Positions 11,501 to 20,196 of a stretch of DNA of 64,000 bases are shown here, in pieces (the first letter of the stretch is position 1; every line of letters begins with the position of its first letter). The translations under genes and the position numbers were made by a program. The notes below the pieces were generated by a model. It was not told the origin of the DNA. It searched no databases and saw only the letters and a program-made list of their open reading frames with translations. The stretch covers positions 20,722-84,721 of the forward strand of contig CAIOAT010000004.1 of assembly GCA_903856085.1 (NCBI GenBank). Direction: 5' to 3'. The stretch comes from Candidatus Omnitrophota bacterium (GTDB taxonomy: Bacteria; Omnitrophota; Omnitrophia; Omnitrophales; Aquincolibacteriaceae).

Positions 11501-13706
11501 GGCCGAAGTTTTAACCGGATATCAGAAAGAAGAACTTATCGGTAAGAGTTTTTTGAAGTTAACCCTGCTGTCTCTTGTGCAGATGCCCAAGGCAGTGGCT
11601 CTTCTTGCTAAGAATCTTATCGGGAAGGCAGGCGGTCCTGATGAGTTCACTCTTTTAAAGAAAGACGGCACTCATGTGGCTGTCGAGATCAGGACCTATC
11701 CGGTTAAGATCAAAGGCGAGATGGTGGTTTTGGGGAACGCGCGTGACATCACCGAGCGAAAGAAGGCGGAAGCAGCGTTGCGAGAGAGCGAGAAGGAAAA
11801 GAGATTGCTCTTCGAGCAGTCCCTTGCGGCCATTGCGATCCACGAGATCGTGTTGGATGAAAATGGCCGGCCGGTGGACTATGTCTTCCTCAATGCCAAT
11901 CCAGCCTTCGAGATCCACACCGGACTACGGCTGGCCAATATTCTGGGTCGTCGGGCCACCGAAGTCCTGCCGGGCATCGAGAGGGCGTCTTTCATCGAGA
12001 TCTATGGCAAAGTCGCGTTGACCGGGGAGCCGATCACTTTTGAGCAGTATGCGGAAGTGCTGGGGAAGCATTTCTTCATCAACGTTTTTCAGATGGGCAA
12101 GGGGCGTTTCGGGACGGTATTTACCGATATTACCGAACGCAAAAAGGCGGAAGAGAAAATAACGAGAGCGGCGGCCGAATGGCGAAGGACCTTTGACAGT
12201 ATCTCGGACATGGTATTCATTCTGGATAAAGAGCATACACTGGTTCGGGCGAATCGAGCGGTTTTTGATGCTTTTAAGGTGCGACCGGAAGAAATCCTTG
12301 GGAAAAAATGCTATGACTGGGTCCATCGCACGGGACATCCCGATCAGGGCTGTCCTTTCGAGGTGTTACTAAATGATAAAAAAACGCACTCCGCAGAAGT
12401 CCAGGGTCCGAATGGAGAGATCCTTTGGGTGACGGTTTCTCCTATCTTCGACGAACATGGGGAGCTTCAGGGCGCGGTTCATATTGCCTCGGACGTGACG
12501 GAGCGGAAAAAAATAGAATTAGAGGTCAAGGAAGGCCGCGACTATTTGAAGCGTATCATGGATGCTGTTGCGGATCCTATCTTTGTCAAGAACAGCGAAT
12601 ACAATTGGGTTCTTTTTAACGATGCGTTTTGTAAATTCATGGGGCGTTCCGCAGACGAGATCTTTGGCAAGACGGATTATGCTTTTTTCCCTAAAAACGA
12701 GGCGGATATTTTCCGGAAAAAAGACAAAGAGGTTTTTGAAAACGGCGCGGAAAGTATCAACGAAGAATCGTTCACGGATGCCGGGGGTGTTACCCATGTG
12801 ATCGTGACAAAGAAGTCGCTTTACACAGACCTGAAAGGGGAAAAATTACTCGTTGGTATCATCCGGGATGTTACGGAATTAAAGCGGATCGAAGAAGAAC
12901 TCAGAAAACACAGCGGGCATCTCGAGGAATTGGTCCAGGACCGGACGGTGGAGCTTGAGCTGAGCAACCAAAAACTGAAAATGACGGCTGAAGATCTGAA
13001 GCGGGCCAGTAAGGCGAAAAGTGAATTTCTGGCTAATATGTCCCATGAGCTCCGGACGCCGCTTTCCTCGGTCATTGGGTTCTCGGAAGTTCTTTTTGAT
13101 GAGAAGTTTGGTGCGATGAATGAGCGGCAGAAAAAATACGCTCAAAATATCATGAGCAGCGGCCGGCATCTGCTCTCTCTTATCAATGATGTTTTGGATC
13201 TTTCGAAAGTGGAGGCCGGCAAAATGGTGCTGCAGGCGTCCCTTTTTTCGGTCAAAGGCTGCTTGGAAGAAGTGTTGCGGGTGACGGATGGTCTGGCTTT
13301 CTCAAAAAAGATCAACCCCGTTGTGGAAATTCCGGACGATCTTGGCACGATCCATGCCGATCAGCGTAAGATCAAACAGATCGTTTTCAATTTGATGTCC
13401 AACGCGATCAAATTTACTCCCGCCGGCGGAAAGGTCGGACTCCGGGTCCGGAGGGACGATGCCGGGATCGAAGTTGTTGTGTGGGATACGGGGATCGGGA
13501 TCGCTCAGGAAAATCTCGGAAGGGTTTTTGAAGCTTTTACCCGTCTCGAAGACGCTTATACGCAGGAGACGGAGGGCACGGGGTTGGGGTTGACGATCAC
13601 CCAAAAAATAGTGGAGCTTCATGGCGGGACGATCTCTGTCAAGTCCGAAGGGATCGGGAAAGGGACGTCCGTGCAGTTCACGATCCCGGCCGCAAGGGGA
13701 GTCTGA
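8574..13706 (+). CDS. multi-sensor signal transduction histidine kinase (two extracytoplasmic sensor domains, 7 PAS/PAC domains, HisKA, HATPase_c)
   Basis: GTG start with an RBS. TM helices flank two periplasmic regions. PAC-linker motifs (D[IV]TERKKAE) recur seven times. H-box ANMSHELRTPLSSVIGFSEVL. N, G1 (VWDTGIGI) and G2 (GTGLGLTI) boxes. Confidence 0.85.
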   Translation: MNDQKTTSLPRASNPYVAVALLLAILIFGTFFTWWTVLQADRVDREDLLQQAQLVAHAISIDRIQNLSGAEADLSNPNYLKLKEQLAAVRLANPMCRFLYFLGRKPDGQLFFFVDSEPSSSKDYSPPGQIFGEAPVEYHRMFDTKVTVVDGPIPDRWGVWVSALVPVIDPKTRAVAAVFGMDVDARTWKWDVASKAALPAGLMIVLLIGVGAAFFSSRSVSVSPKPVLRRLMMPLTIMVFLLMVGVGTILWYQHQRQLAAGIANIASEVAGDLHLALDQQTAGLAAALQPIVIDSGLQKALREGDADRLFATWRPVFDAMHRENHLTHFNFITVDRIVLLRVQDPKKRGDLVNRFTILEAERTGKIASGIESGLVGVFTLRVVQPVFAEGKLIGYVELGKEMEEVLKSLPYRPGIQLAVVIRKENLNRQKCEEGMRLLGRDVEWDRLPRSVVIFASQGRLPGAFAFWADSLSGDHTHVGMEREITFQGKDWRLSATPLSDASGKEVGNLLVMSDVSVQKAVFAHLLALGGTGSVVLLMLLLAFLYVLLRRTDAGILAQQTRLQKSEAHFRSYFELPLIGIAVISPSKGWVQVNDRICSLLGYTREELVQMTWSEMTHPEDLVLDIEQFDRLLSGQIEQYTLEKRFIRKDGQAVWTGLSAGCVRDSKGDSEYMVAFINDISERKKAEDEATQEQALNKTIIESIPGTFYMVDANGRYLRWSAYQRDEIVGKPESQVASSYAKDTIHPDDRERVLAKITNVLKYGMDEVVEGRVLLRGGPAFRWMLMTGRRLIIQGNPVLIGIGIDITERKKTEEALSVSKAELDLAMRSAKMGVWQFNIVENKRFFDDQTCSLLGLDPATFGGTAEELYAVIHSEDREKIKAAFARTVEKGVPYQPEYRVVWPDGSIHYITSRGELVRDEKGGPERVHGILWDISEQKQAEELIKDSEERLQVLFEFAPDGYYLLNSKGDFIGGNRMAEVLTGYQKEELIGKSFLKLTLLSLVQMPKAVALLAKNLIGKAGGPDEFTLLKKDGTHVAVEIRTYPVKIKGEMVVLGNARDITERKKAEAALRESEKEKRLLFEQSLAAIAIHEIVLDENGRPVDYVFLNANPAFEIHTGLRLANILGRRATEVLPGIERASFIEIYGKVALTGEPITFEQYAEVLGKHFFINVFQMGKGRFGTVFTDITERKKAEEKITRAAAEWRRTFDSISDMVFILDKEHTLVRANRAVFDAFKVRPEEILGKKCYDWVHRTGHPDQGCPFEVLLNDKKTHSAEVQGPNGEILWVTVSPIFDEHGELQGAVHIASDVTERKKIELEVKEGRDYLKRIMDAVADPIFVKNSEYNWVLFNDAFCKFMGRSADEIFGKTDYAFFPKNEADIFRKKDKEVFENGAESINEESFTDAGGVTHVIVTKKSLYTDLKGEKLLVGIIRDVTELKRIEEELRKHSGHLEELVQDRTVELELSNQKLKMTAEDLKRASKAKSEFLANMSHELRTPLSSVIGFSEVLFDEKFGAMNERQKKYAQNIMSSGRHLLSLINDVLDLSKVEAGKMVLQASLFSVKGCLEEVLRVTDGLAFSKKINPVVEIPDDLGTIHADQRKIKQIVFNLMSNAIKFTPAGGKVGLRVRRDDAGIEVVVWDTGIGIAQENLGRVFEAFTRLEDAYTQETEGTGLGLTITQKIVELHGGTISVKSEGIGKGTSVQFTIPAARGV

Positions 13707-13707
13707 A

Positions 13708-14088
13708 GTGAAAAAAAGAATCCTGATCATCGAGGATAACGAAAAAAACAGGATGCTTGAAAAGGACCTTTTTGAAACGGCGGGGTTTGAGGTTCTGGAG
13801 GCTCCGGACGGTGCGAGCGGGATCGCTCTGGCCCAAAAAGAAAAGCCGGATGCGATCGTGCTGGACATACGGCTTCCGGGGATGCCTGGGCCTCACGTCG
13901 CCAAAATCTTGCGGCAAGAACCCGGGACTCGCGATATTCCGATCATTTTTGTAACGGCTTCGTTGGTCGGAGGGTGGATGGGAGAGCTCAGAGCCATTCC
14001 CAACACCATGCTTCTGTCCAAGCCGTTCGACACACGGACTTTTGTGGAGGAAGTAAGCCGGTTTATCCAGGGAGGATCTCATGAGTAA
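13708..14088 (+). CDS. single-domain response regulator (CheY-like receiver)
   Basis: GTG at 13708, 1 nt after the kinase stop, with RBS aagggga. Receiver motifs IIEDNEKN, D in VLDIRLPGM, SKPF. The ORF-track start at 13621 lies inside the kinase gene and is rejected. Confidence 0.75.
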   Translation: MKKRILIIEDNEKNRMLEKDLFETAGFEVLEAPDGASGIALAQKEKPDAIVLDIRLPGMPGPHVAKILRQEPGTRDIPIIFVTASLVGGWMGELRAIPNTMLLSKPFDTRTFVEEVSRFIQGGSHE

Positions 14089-15493
14089 TATAAAAACGCA
14101 GACGGTTTTGTGCGTCGATGATGATGAGCAAAACCTCCAGCTTCTTGAGGCGCTTCTTTTGCCTTACGGGTTTACGCTTAAATTTTCCGGATCCGGGGAA
14201 AACGCTCTAGCGCAAATCAAAGAAGAGGCCCCGGATCTTATCTTGCTCGACGTGATGATGCCGGGCATGTCAGGCCTGGGAGTGTTGGAGAAATTGCGCT
14301 CCGAGGAAAAAACGCGATTGATCCCTGTGGTTCTTGTAACCGCTCTGAATGCCGAGGAGGATAGGATCCGAGGGATCGAGATGGGATGCGATGATTTCAT
14401 CTCCAAACCGTTTGACAAGAACGAGCTGGTTGCGCGGGTCCGGTCGCTTTTGAAGATCAGTTATTACCGGAGGTCTTTGGATGAGAAGGAAAAGTTCGAG
14501 GCGGTCATTCAGGGATTGAGGGAGGGTGTTATTGTCTGTAGGCCTGATTGGACGGTGACGCGCGCTAATTCCTCGGCCCAACGTTACCTGGATCTTTCGG
14601 AAGGCGACCCTTTCCTTGACCATATTTTTTCTCACTATGTCGTTTCTATTCGTCGGGAGTTTTTAGTCGATCTTTTGCCGGGGCATGAAACATTCGATAT
14701 CAAGCGTGAAGCTACGGCGGCATTCAAGCCGCTTTATTTGGAAGTGCATCGGGATATTTTGAGAGGTCCCGGAGGGGAGCCCTCGTGCTTGGTTCTGACA
14801 TTACGCGATGTCACGCGCCAGAGGCATGAGAGCTTTGTGACCCAGGATTTTTTAACGCTTCTTTCCCATAAATTCAATACGCCCATTGCCGTGATCAGTG
14901 AAACGCTGGATTTCATCAAGGCGGAAGTGAAAAAGGCGGAAAGCCTCGGATTTATCGAGGCAGCGGAAAAGAAACTCAAAGAGATCCATGCCTTGTCCCA
15001 GAGGATCATCTATGTTCTGGAGATGCAAAACAAGGGACTGGATGATGTTTTTCAGGAGGATTTTTTGAACCATGCGATTCATACGGTCAAAGAAAAATTT
15101 GATCTAAAGTACAAAATCGCCGGCATTCTGGAAAAAGATGTTCTTGTCCACAAAGTAGCGTTATGGAAGGTGATAGTTCTCGAAGAGTTAATGGAGAATG
15201 CCTATAAGTTTCGCGGCGAAGATGGACTACGCATGAAATTAACGCTCACGGAAGAGGCGATGACGTTTTCGGACAATGGCGCGGGGATTCCTCCGGAAGA
15301 ACGAGAGAAGATCTTCGAGCCGTTTTATCAGATCTATAAAACTTTTCATGGAAATATTCCGGGCCTCGGGTTGGGACTTACGTTTGTGAAAAAACTCGTG
15401 GAACTCAACCATGGAAAGATCGAGGTTGTCGACGGCTTGCACCAAGGAGCCAGTATCAAGATCGACTTTTTTCCTCAGGTGCAGATGGGGTAA
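14081..15493 (+). CDS. hybrid response regulator-histidine kinase (N-terminal REC, HisKA-like region, HATPase_c)
   Basis: Overlaps the upstream gene by 8 nt (ATGAGTAA). REC motifs (VDDDEQN, LLDVMMPGMSG, SKPF). H-box-like SHKFNTPIAV. ATPase G-boxes (DNGAGIP, GLGLGLTFVKKLVELNHG). Confidence 0.75.
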   Translation: MSNIKTQTVLCVDDDEQNLQLLEALLLPYGFTLKFSGSGENALAQIKEEAPDLILLDVMMPGMSGLGVLEKLRSEEKTRLIPVVLVTALNAEEDRIRGIEMGCDDFISKPFDKNELVARVRSLLKISYYRRSLDEKEKFEAVIQGLREGVIVCRPDWTVTRANSSAQRYLDLSEGDPFLDHIFSHYVVSIRREFLVDLLPGHETFDIKREATAAFKPLYLEVHRDILRGPGGEPSCLVLTLRDVTRQRHESFVTQDFLTLLSHKFNTPIAVISETLDFIKAEVKKAESLGFIEAAEKKLKEIHALSQRIIYVLEMQNKGLDDVFQEDFLNHAIHTVKEKFDLKYKIAGILEKDVLVHKVALWKVIVLEELMENAYKFRGEDGLRMKLTLTEEAMTFSDNGAGIPPEEREKIFEPFYQIYKTFHGNIPGLGLGLTFVKKLVELNHGKIEVVDGLHQGASIKIDFFPQVQMG

Positions 15494-15576
15494 GCGCTTC
15501 TGGAAAAGAACGAGCAGAAGTCCTGATAGTTTCTAGAATGGAACCTGCGTTCGCGAGCGAGATTTTTTAACAAAAG

Positions 15577-15612
15577 GCGTTGTGGGCGTATGATTTCACA
15601 ACGCTTTTTTAT
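15577..15612 (+). terminator. rho-independent terminator (GCGTTGTG..CACAACGC + T-run); copy 2 of the duplicated terminator element
   Basis: Perfect 8-bp stem followed by TTTTTTATTTT, 85 nt downstream of the hybrid kinase stop. Confidence 0.55.
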
Positions 15613-15653
15613 TTTAGATATGCCGTGCTCATTCCTCAAACGGGAAAACGATT

Positions 15654-16397
15654 ATGAAAGAGATGCTCTCCATCAAAGGGTTGCGAAAGGTCTACGGGGA
15701 TACTGTCGCGGTGGAGGATATTTCTTTCGAGGTTCGCACGGATGAGATTGTCGGGCTTCTTGGCCCCAACGGGGCAGGGAAGACGACCACTCTCAATATG
15801 GTGCTCGGTGTTCTCGAACCGGATGCCGGGACGATCCAGATTGAAGGTCTCGATATTGCCAAAAGCCGTTCCCAAGCCATCGCACGTACGAATTTTGCCG
15901 CAGCCTATACGCCCTTGCCTGGAAATTTAACCGTTTCTGAAAATCTGCGCGTCTTTGGCCTTCTCTATGAAGTGAAAAACCTCTCGATGCGTATCGATGA
16001 ACTTCTCAAGCAGTTTGACCTGGAGGTGTTCCGGAATAAAAAATGCGGAGTGCTTTCCTCCGGGGAACAGACGCGTGTCAGTCTTGCCAAGGCGATGCTC
16101 AATGATCCGCATCTCTTGCTGCTCGATGAGCCAACGGCGTCGCTTGATCCGGCCATTGCGCGTGAGATCCGGACCGGGATCCGTCAGTTCGCCAAAAAGG
16201 GAACAAGTGGAGTGCTCTGGACTTCACACAATATGTACGAGGTCGAGGCTATTTGCGACCGGGTGCTCTTTCTTTCGCATGGCAAGATCCTTCTTGAAGG
16301 GGATCCGAAGCGATTACCTGCGGAGCATGGCAAGAAAACGCTCGAGGAGCTTTTTATCGCCGTTGCCCGTGAGCCCCTCACCCTAGGGATGGGTTAA
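15654..16397 (+). CDS. ABC transporter ATP-binding protein (ABC-2 exporter type)
   Basis: Walker A GPNGAGKTT, signature LSSGEQTRVSLA, Walker B LLLLDEPTASLD, H-loop. Confidence 0.85.
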   Translation: MKEMLSIKGLRKVYGDTVAVEDISFEVRTDEIVGLLGPNGAGKTTTLNMVLGVLEPDAGTIQIEGLDIAKSRSQAIARTNFAAAYTPLPGNLTVSENLRVFGLLYEVKNLSMRIDELLKQFDLEVFRNKKCGVLSSGEQTRVSLAKAMLNDPHLLLLDEPTASLDPAIAREIRTGIRQFAKKGTSGVLWTSHNMYEVEAICDRVLFLSHGKILLEGDPKRLPAEHGKKTLEELFIAVAREPLTLGMG

Positions 16398-16401
16398 GGC
16401 G

Positions 16402-17205
16402 ATGTCTTTTCAACGTACTTTCGCGATCGTGCTTCGCCAGTTCTATCTGATCCGAGGGAGTCTTTCCCGTGTTTTCCCGATCTTCGCGTGGATCGCGGTC
16501 GACATGATCCTCTGGGGATTTCTGACCCGTTATCTTAATACGATCGCTTCTCCGGGATTCAATTTTGTTCCGGCGCTTCTCGGGGCGGTGCTTTTATGGG
16601 ATTTCTTTATTCGCATCATGCAAGGGATCACGATGGCGTTCTTGGAGGATGTCTGGTCGCGTAATTTCCTCAATATCTTTGCCGCGCCGCTTTTACTTTC
16701 GGAATATGTGGGAGGCCTTATTCTTTCCAGTATCGCGACGAGCTTGGTTGGCCTGGGGGTCATGATCGTGATCGCGACCACATGCTTCAAATTATCGTTT
16801 TTTGTTTATGGCCTGGCGGTCCTGCCGTTTCTTTTCGTGTTGTTTTTATTCGGAATCGCGCTGGGTATCTTTGGAAGCGCGCTGGTGCTCCGTTTCGGCC
16901 CGGCCTCGGAATGGTTCATCTGGCCGCTCCCTGCGCTCATCTCGCCGTTTGCCGGTGTTCTCTATCCTGTGTCGACACTTCCGCACTGGATGCAATTTGT
17001 TTCGCGTTTCTTGCCCCCATCCTACGTCTTTGAGGGATTGAGAGCGATCGTTTCCGGCGGGACGGCTTCGGGGATGGGGCTTGCGGGAGGCGGATGCCTT
17101 GCCGCGGGGTATATTCTTTTGGCCTATGTTTTTTTTACGAAAGTCTACAAGAACGCTCTTCGCACCGGTCTTATCGCCCGCTATAGTGCCGAAAATTTAG
17201 GCTAG
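16402..17205 (+). CDS. ABC-2 family transporter permease
   Basis: 267 aa with 6 TM, immediately downstream of the ATPase (4-nt gap). Confidence 0.7.
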   Translation: MSFQRTFAIVLRQFYLIRGSLSRVFPIFAWIAVDMILWGFLTRYLNTIASPGFNFVPALLGAVLLWDFFIRIMQGITMAFLEDVWSRNFLNIFAAPLLLSEYVGGLILSSIATSLVGLGVMIVIATTCFKLSFFVYGLAVLPFLFVLFLFGIALGIFGSALVLRFGPASEWFIWPLPALISPFAGVLYPVSTLPHWMQFVSRFLPPSYVFEGLRAIVSGGTASGMGLAGGGCLAAGYILLAYVFFTKVYKNALRTGLIARYSAENLG

Positions 17206-17259
17206 CACCGCGTTTTTCGATCTTGATTTTACGGGCTAACGGTGCTGCAGGCGCACTTC

Positions 17260-18555
17260 CTAGGAAAGCTTAAGTCTCCGCACGGTCGCGTAGGTGACGG
17301 TGAAGATCCCAGCCTCGATCACGATGGTCGCGATTGCCGCTCCCATGTAGGAAAAAGCGTCGATCAGAAGGAATATCACCGGCAGGCCGATCATGGCCAT
17401 CACCACGTGGATCCTGGAATAAAGATGCGTCTTACCGGCGATGAGCAGGAACTGAACGCGGAAAGCGTTGGAGCTGATAAAAAGCACCGAGACGAGGAGC
17501 AGCCTGAAGGAGAGCACGGTTTCCGGATAATCCCCGCCAAAGATCGCCTTGATGATCGGGTGCGCGAAGACAAAGATCAACGGCAGGCAAATGAGGGAAA
17601 TATTGATCGTGATGAGCTGGATCCTTTGCATGAATTCGTAAGCCCGTGTTTTGCTTTTCTGGAAGATCTTGCTCAGACGGGGGAAAAGCGCCTGGGAAAA
17701 GGAAGCCAGAGGGAAGGTCTGGCAGAGGCCCGCCAGTTTCTCGGCGATGGAATAAAATCCTGTGGTTGCGTTATTGGTAAGAAGCCCCACGGCAAAAATG
17801 CGCGTGGTGGTGTAAGCATTGATGGCGACGATCGAAATGAAAATATCCCAGCCCGCCGTCACCTGCCTCCTCAAATTTGTGTATCCCGGAAAACGGAATG
17901 AGACCCCGAGTTTCTTGAAAGCGATGTATTGTCCCCAAATCCCGGTGATCAAGCCTACGCAAGAGGTAATGAGCGGGACCATGAGGTAATCCTCGGGTCC
18001 GTGGACGGAAAAGAGAATGCACAGGACGGTCAGGATTCCGCCGGCGATATTGAGGTCGGCGATATACTTCATTTTTTCCGTCCCCTGGAAGAACCAGACC
18101 GGGAAAAGAGTGTTTCCCAGTACCGCGCCGAAACTTAGCATGTAGACCATCCAGTCGTTACGGAACTTCGGGATGAAATAGACGGCGCAACTCAGGAGCA
18201 CGAGGCTCACGATCGCCAGGACGATCTTCATCGTCATGACCGAAGAAAAAACCTTGTTAACCTCTGCGCGATCGTGCTGGCAAAGAGAAATTTCTTTCGT
18301 GGCGGAGATGCTGAACCCATAGTCGGTGAGGATCATGAAATATTGGGCGAAGGCCTGTGCGAAGGCGATCAGGCCGAATTTCTCCGGACCGATTACCCTA
18401 AAAAGATAGGGGAGGATCAGGACCGGCAGGACATAGGTGATCGCTTGCAGGACCGAAAGCGAGGCGAAATTATGGAGTACGGTCTTCCGTTCGTGCGGCT
18501 TGGCCATGCCGTAAGTTTTTTTGATCTGACGGATCAGCGAGTGCATGGCGCCCAA
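17260..18555 (-). CDS. oligosaccharide flippase family protein (Wzx-like, MOP superfamily)
   Basis: 431 aa, 12 TM. The N-terminal pattern LHNFASLSVLQAITYVLPVLILPYLFRVIGPEKFGLIAFAQA is typical of Wzx/polysacc_synt. Confidence 0.75.
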   Translation of the reverse strand: MGAMHSLIRQIKKTYGMAKPHERKTVLHNFASLSVLQAITYVLPVLILPYLFRVIGPEKFGLIAFAQAFAQYFMILTDYGFSISATKEISLCQHDRAEVNKVFSSVMTMKIVLAIVSLVLLSCAVYFIPKFRNDWMVYMLSFGAVLGNTLFPVWFFQGTEKMKYIADLNIAGGILTVLCILFSVHGPEDYLMVPLITSCVGLITGIWGQYIAFKKLGVSFRFPGYTNLRRQVTAGWDIFISIVAINAYTTTRIFAVGLLTNNATTGFYSIAEKLAGLCQTFPLASFSQALFPRLSKIFQKSKTRAYEFMQRIQLITINISLICLPLIFVFAHPIIKAIFGGDYPETVLSFRLLLVSVLFISSNAFRVQFLLIAGKTHLYSRIHVVMAMIGLPVIFLLIDAFSYMGAAIATIVIEAGIFTVTYATVRRLKLS

Positions 18556-18735
18556 TTCTCTGTCTTCTTTTTATCAAGGGTGAATTGGACTGTCATGATC
18601 GCTCTTATTTTAAAATGATTGAGAATCATGGCGCCCAATCTACAGTGTTCTGCCCCGTAAAACAAGAGCGCAAGAGTTCATAGCTTAAAGCCACGGGCCA
18701 TGGGTTAAAGTCTCCGGTCTCTAGTCTGTAGTCTC

Positions 18736-19983
18736 ATGTCTTACTGTGATATAATTTCCGGGATGATGAAATTTCCTCGAGATTTTTTATGGGGCGCGGC
18801 GACTGCGGCTTATCAAGTCGAAGGCGGCAACGATCGCTCCGATTGGTGGCGTTGGGAAAAAGAGGCTGGAAAAGAAAATTCCGGGTTCGCGTGCCGTCAC
18901 TATGACCTTTACGAACTCGATTTTGAACTTGCCAGAGGGCTCGGACATAACGCCCATCGCCTTTCCGTGGAATGGAGCCGGATCGAACCGGAGGAGGGGA
19001 AGTTTTCAGACGTTGCTCTCAAACATTACGTCGATGTTATCCTGGCCCTAAGGGCGCGGAATATTGAACCTGTTGTAACACTGCATCACTTCACGAATCC
19101 GGTCTGGCTTGCGGACTGCGGCGGCTGGGAAAATAAAAAATCGGTAGCCGCTTTTCTCCGTTATTCAGAATTCGTGGTGCGCGCTTTGGCGAAGCATGTT
19201 CGTTATTGGATCACCATCAATGAACCGACGATCTATGCGACCCATGCTTATCTTTTTGGGGTATGGCCTCCACAAATGAAGGTCTTCTCGAGGGCGAAAC
19301 GGGTCGAGAGGCATATGATCTCGGCGCATATCAAGGCTTATCGCCTGATCCATAAGATCTATAAGGAATACGCTCTTTTCAAGCCCGCAGTCAGCATTTC
19401 CCAGCACATGATGGCGCTCGTTCCCTGCGACCAGAAACTCAAGAACCGGTTTGCCGCATGGCTGCGTCACAAGCTCTACAACGAAAACTATCTTGATATT
19501 TTTATGCGGCATAAAGCCCTGGATTTTATCGGGCTTAACTATTATTCCAGGCAGCTGGTGGAGCTCAAACGGTGGGGGTTCAAGAATCTCTTTGAGGATA
19601 TTTGTGAAAAAGAGCATCATCCGGTTAAAAAAAATTCTTTGGGTTGGGACATTTATCCGGAGGGGCTGTATCAGCTGCTTTTAAAATTAAAAAAATACAA
19701 ATTGCCCATCATGATCACCGAAAATGGGATCTGCACCTCGGAGGATGCCCAGCGATGGGATTATATTGCCAGCCATTTGCGCAATATTCACAGGGCTATC
19801 GAGCAAGGCGTCCCTGTGACAGGGTATCTCTACTGGTCGCTTCTTGATAATTTCGAATGGGATAAGGGTTTTGGCCCGAGGTTTGGCCTGATCGATATTG
19901 ATTATAAGACACAACAAAGGACCGTCCGGGAAAGCGCCGTCAAATTCAGCCAAGTCTGCAAAATGGGGATTTTATCGTCATGA
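18736..19983 (+). CDS. glycoside hydrolase family 1 (beta-glucosidase/beta-galactosidase)
   Basis: N-terminal GH1 signature FLWGAATAAYQVEGG. NEP acid/base motif (TINEP). ITENG nucleophile motif. Confidence 0.85.
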   Translation: MSYCDIISGMMKFPRDFLWGAATAAYQVEGGNDRSDWWRWEKEAGKENSGFACRHYDLYELDFELARGLGHNAHRLSVEWSRIEPEEGKFSDVALKHYVDVILALRARNIEPVVTLHHFTNPVWLADCGGWENKKSVAAFLRYSEFVVRALAKHVRYWITINEPTIYATHAYLFGVWPPQMKVFSRAKRVERHMISAHIKAYRLIHKIYKEYALFKPAVSISQHMMALVPCDQKLKNRFAAWLRHKLYNENYLDIFMRHKALDFIGLNYYSRQLVELKRWGFKNLFEDICEKEHHPVKKNSLGWDIYPEGLYQLLLKLKKYKLPIMITENGICTSEDAQRWDYIASHLRNIHRAIEQGVPVTGYLYWSLLDNFEWDKGFGPRFGLIDIDYKTQQRTVRESAVKFSQVCKMGILSS

Positions 19984-20177
19984 ATACCGCCAACATTTTA
20001 GCGTCGATTATCTTCGGGAGCATCGGTTTCGCGGCTTTTGTTTACGGGAAAAAGCAGTCGAGTCTCAAACCGTTGGTGATCGGTGTGATTCTAATGGTCT
20101 ATCCTTATTTTGTGGAGAATCCCATCGCGCTCTATGCGGCCGGTGTGGTTCTCACCGTCCTGCTCTTTATCTTTTGA
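19980..20177 (+). CDS. small two-TM membrane protein (hypothetical)
   Basis: 65 aa with two hydrophobic helices. Its start overlaps the GH1 stop (ATGA). Confidence 0.4.
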   Translation: MNTANILASIIFGSIGFAAFVYGKKQSSLKPLVIGVILMVYPYFVENPIALYAAGVVLTVLLFIF

Positions 20178-20196
20178 TTCTTGATTAAGGAGAATC

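Noticed and set aside
13621-13707. ORF-track start of the receiver gene 87 nt inside the histidine kinase
   Set aside because: The in-frame GTG at 13708 with an RBS, 1 nt after the kinase stop, gives a canonical 126-aa receiver. The upstream extension overlaps the kinase ATPase domain.
17242-17901. 219-aa plus-strand ORF overlapping the Wzx flippase gene
   Set aside because: It is antisense to a 12-TM flippase with a clear family signature. The product is a His/Asp/Arg-rich product without motifs.
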